64,000 nt of DNA, taken from the NCBI RefSeq assembly GCF_036321535.1, contig NC_087436.1, positions 113,710,001 to 113,774,000 on the forward strand, written 5' to 3'. The translations under genes and the position numbers were made by a program. Each line of letters opens with the position of its first letter. The first letter of the stretch is position 1. The DNA comes from Camelus dromedarius (Eukaryota). Under the pieces are notes generated by a model. That model saw nothing but the letters and a program-made list of their open reading frames with translations. It searched no databases and was not told where the DNA came from. Below, in pieces: positions 62,461 to 64,000 of this stretch.

Positions 62461-64000
62461 AAAGGGAAATAAAAAGATTAAAAAAAAGGAAAGGAAAGAA
62501 AGAAGGAAGGAAGGAAAGAAGGAAGAAAAGAAGACATTAAAATGAATAAATTGAGAGTTATCCCACAAGTTTCTATTTTTTCATGTAAAAGTTGAGAAAC
62601 TTTCAATGACACCATATTTTCTCTCTGTTAGATTAAATCTTACTTGGAGGTATAAGACATATAAAGCAGGTAAATTCATTTGATCTTGGAATCTGGAGGG
62701 ACTGCAGAGTCATGCTTGGTACTTCAATCTTCCTAGAATCTGTGGCCTTCCCTTAATCTATGATTCAGTTCCCACTCTTAAGTAGTTGGCTCCGTTATAG
62801 AACTGGAGACAATCTGGATATTCCTTAAAAAAAACAAACAAAAAAAAAAGCTGAAAAGAACAAAAGGTCCAGATGATGGGTGTGTAAAAACAAAACGACC
62901 CTTAAAGAAAAGATATTTTGAATCCAAATAAAATAACAGAGTCTGCTATAGCTGAGGGGAAAAAAAGCATATTAGTTAACCTTGAGGGCAGGGACACAAT
63001 GAGGTATGAAATCTCGTATCTCATAAAAAGCTTCCAAGGTCAAAGTTATACAAACAGGCAACCCTATAGAGAGTGGAAAATCTCATGACCTGCTGCTTGT
63101 GTCATTAATTGCTGAACTGCCAGTTACCCTAGTGAAACATTATATAATTATTGCTCCGGGCATGGATGTGGCAATGCCTTAAAATAAACAAGACAGTCAG
63201 TTAGAGTTAATCTGTTAAAAATTCGCTCTGCCAAGACAAGCTATAGAAAGTGGAAACAAAAATACAGTAGTGTTGAGGAACAAGGAATACATTTCAGGGT
63301 CCAATACTCGTCACTAACCTAATAATTCAGGAGGCCCACCCTCTTCTCCATTCATTTAGTGTGAATTCCCCTTTTCCTGGTTAAACAGGCTAAGGCACTG
63401 GCTCTAAGATTAGGGCTTGGCTGCAAAGTTCTAAACAAGGAATGTGAATGTTTCAAGATAGCCTAAGCAAGGAGAGCCAAGTCCAAAACCCAGAGAGTAA
63501 ATTAAACACTCATTCCAAAGGAAACAATACAGCATGATGATGATGAAGTCCCACAGGAAATGTATCCAGACACTGGTGGGTGTCTTCAAATACTCATGAG
63601 TGCTTTGGTTTCTCTTTCACGGCTATTGCATGTATATCATATGGACTCAAGTGAGTTCATCTTAAAAGACAAGTGTTGGGATGAATCTATCCATTATACT
63701 ACCATCCATCCATACTTTTCTTATGTTCAACCACCTATTTAGTTCAGCAAGTTGGATTAGATGAATTGAATCAAGTCAGAGCAAAATGCCTGCTGATCCA
63801 TCCCTGTTCACCTATATACATGCAGGACATGCCACCAAAATTCAGGAGAATACCAACCAGTGTGTACTACGGTATTAGCTTTGTTCTTCTCATCCAATAT
63901 CCAAGACCGTACTCTAAGAGTAGGAAGACCTTTCACAGTAAATAGACAAGCTAGTCAGTGTAATCCAATAACAGCAATATTTTAGTTTCCTCTCCCATAA

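Overview
This is mammalian non-coding genomic DNA (intergenic or deep intronic), AT-rich and dominated by interspersed repeats. I found no protein-coding exon, RNA gene or CpG island that I can support. The ORF track is explained by L1 ORF2 fragments, simple repeats and chance ORFs. Two tRNA-derived SINEs of the GGGGAGGGTATAGCTCAAGTGGTAGAGC type and the young L1 3' ends suggest a cetartiodactyl, probably a camelid (inference from remembered consensus sequences, not a search). Old eutherian repeats (L1M, L2, MIR, MaLR/ERVL LTRs, MER20, MER3, MER102) host at least seven younger L1 insertions. The most notable structure is retrotransposition mechanics readable directly in the sequence: a 288-bp, 2-mismatch inverted L1 pair 1.3 kb apart; three twin-priming 5' inversions; two short 3'-transduction tags; a tailed L1 lacking its last 78 nt; a tailless SINE cut at its B box; an old L1 5' tip fused to distal ORF2; and a stepwise L1 3'UTR deletion series. 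A few repeat-free, motif-dense islands are candidate enhancers. I do not see evidence for a new gene system. Repeat subfamily names come from recall and boundaries of old elements are approximate.
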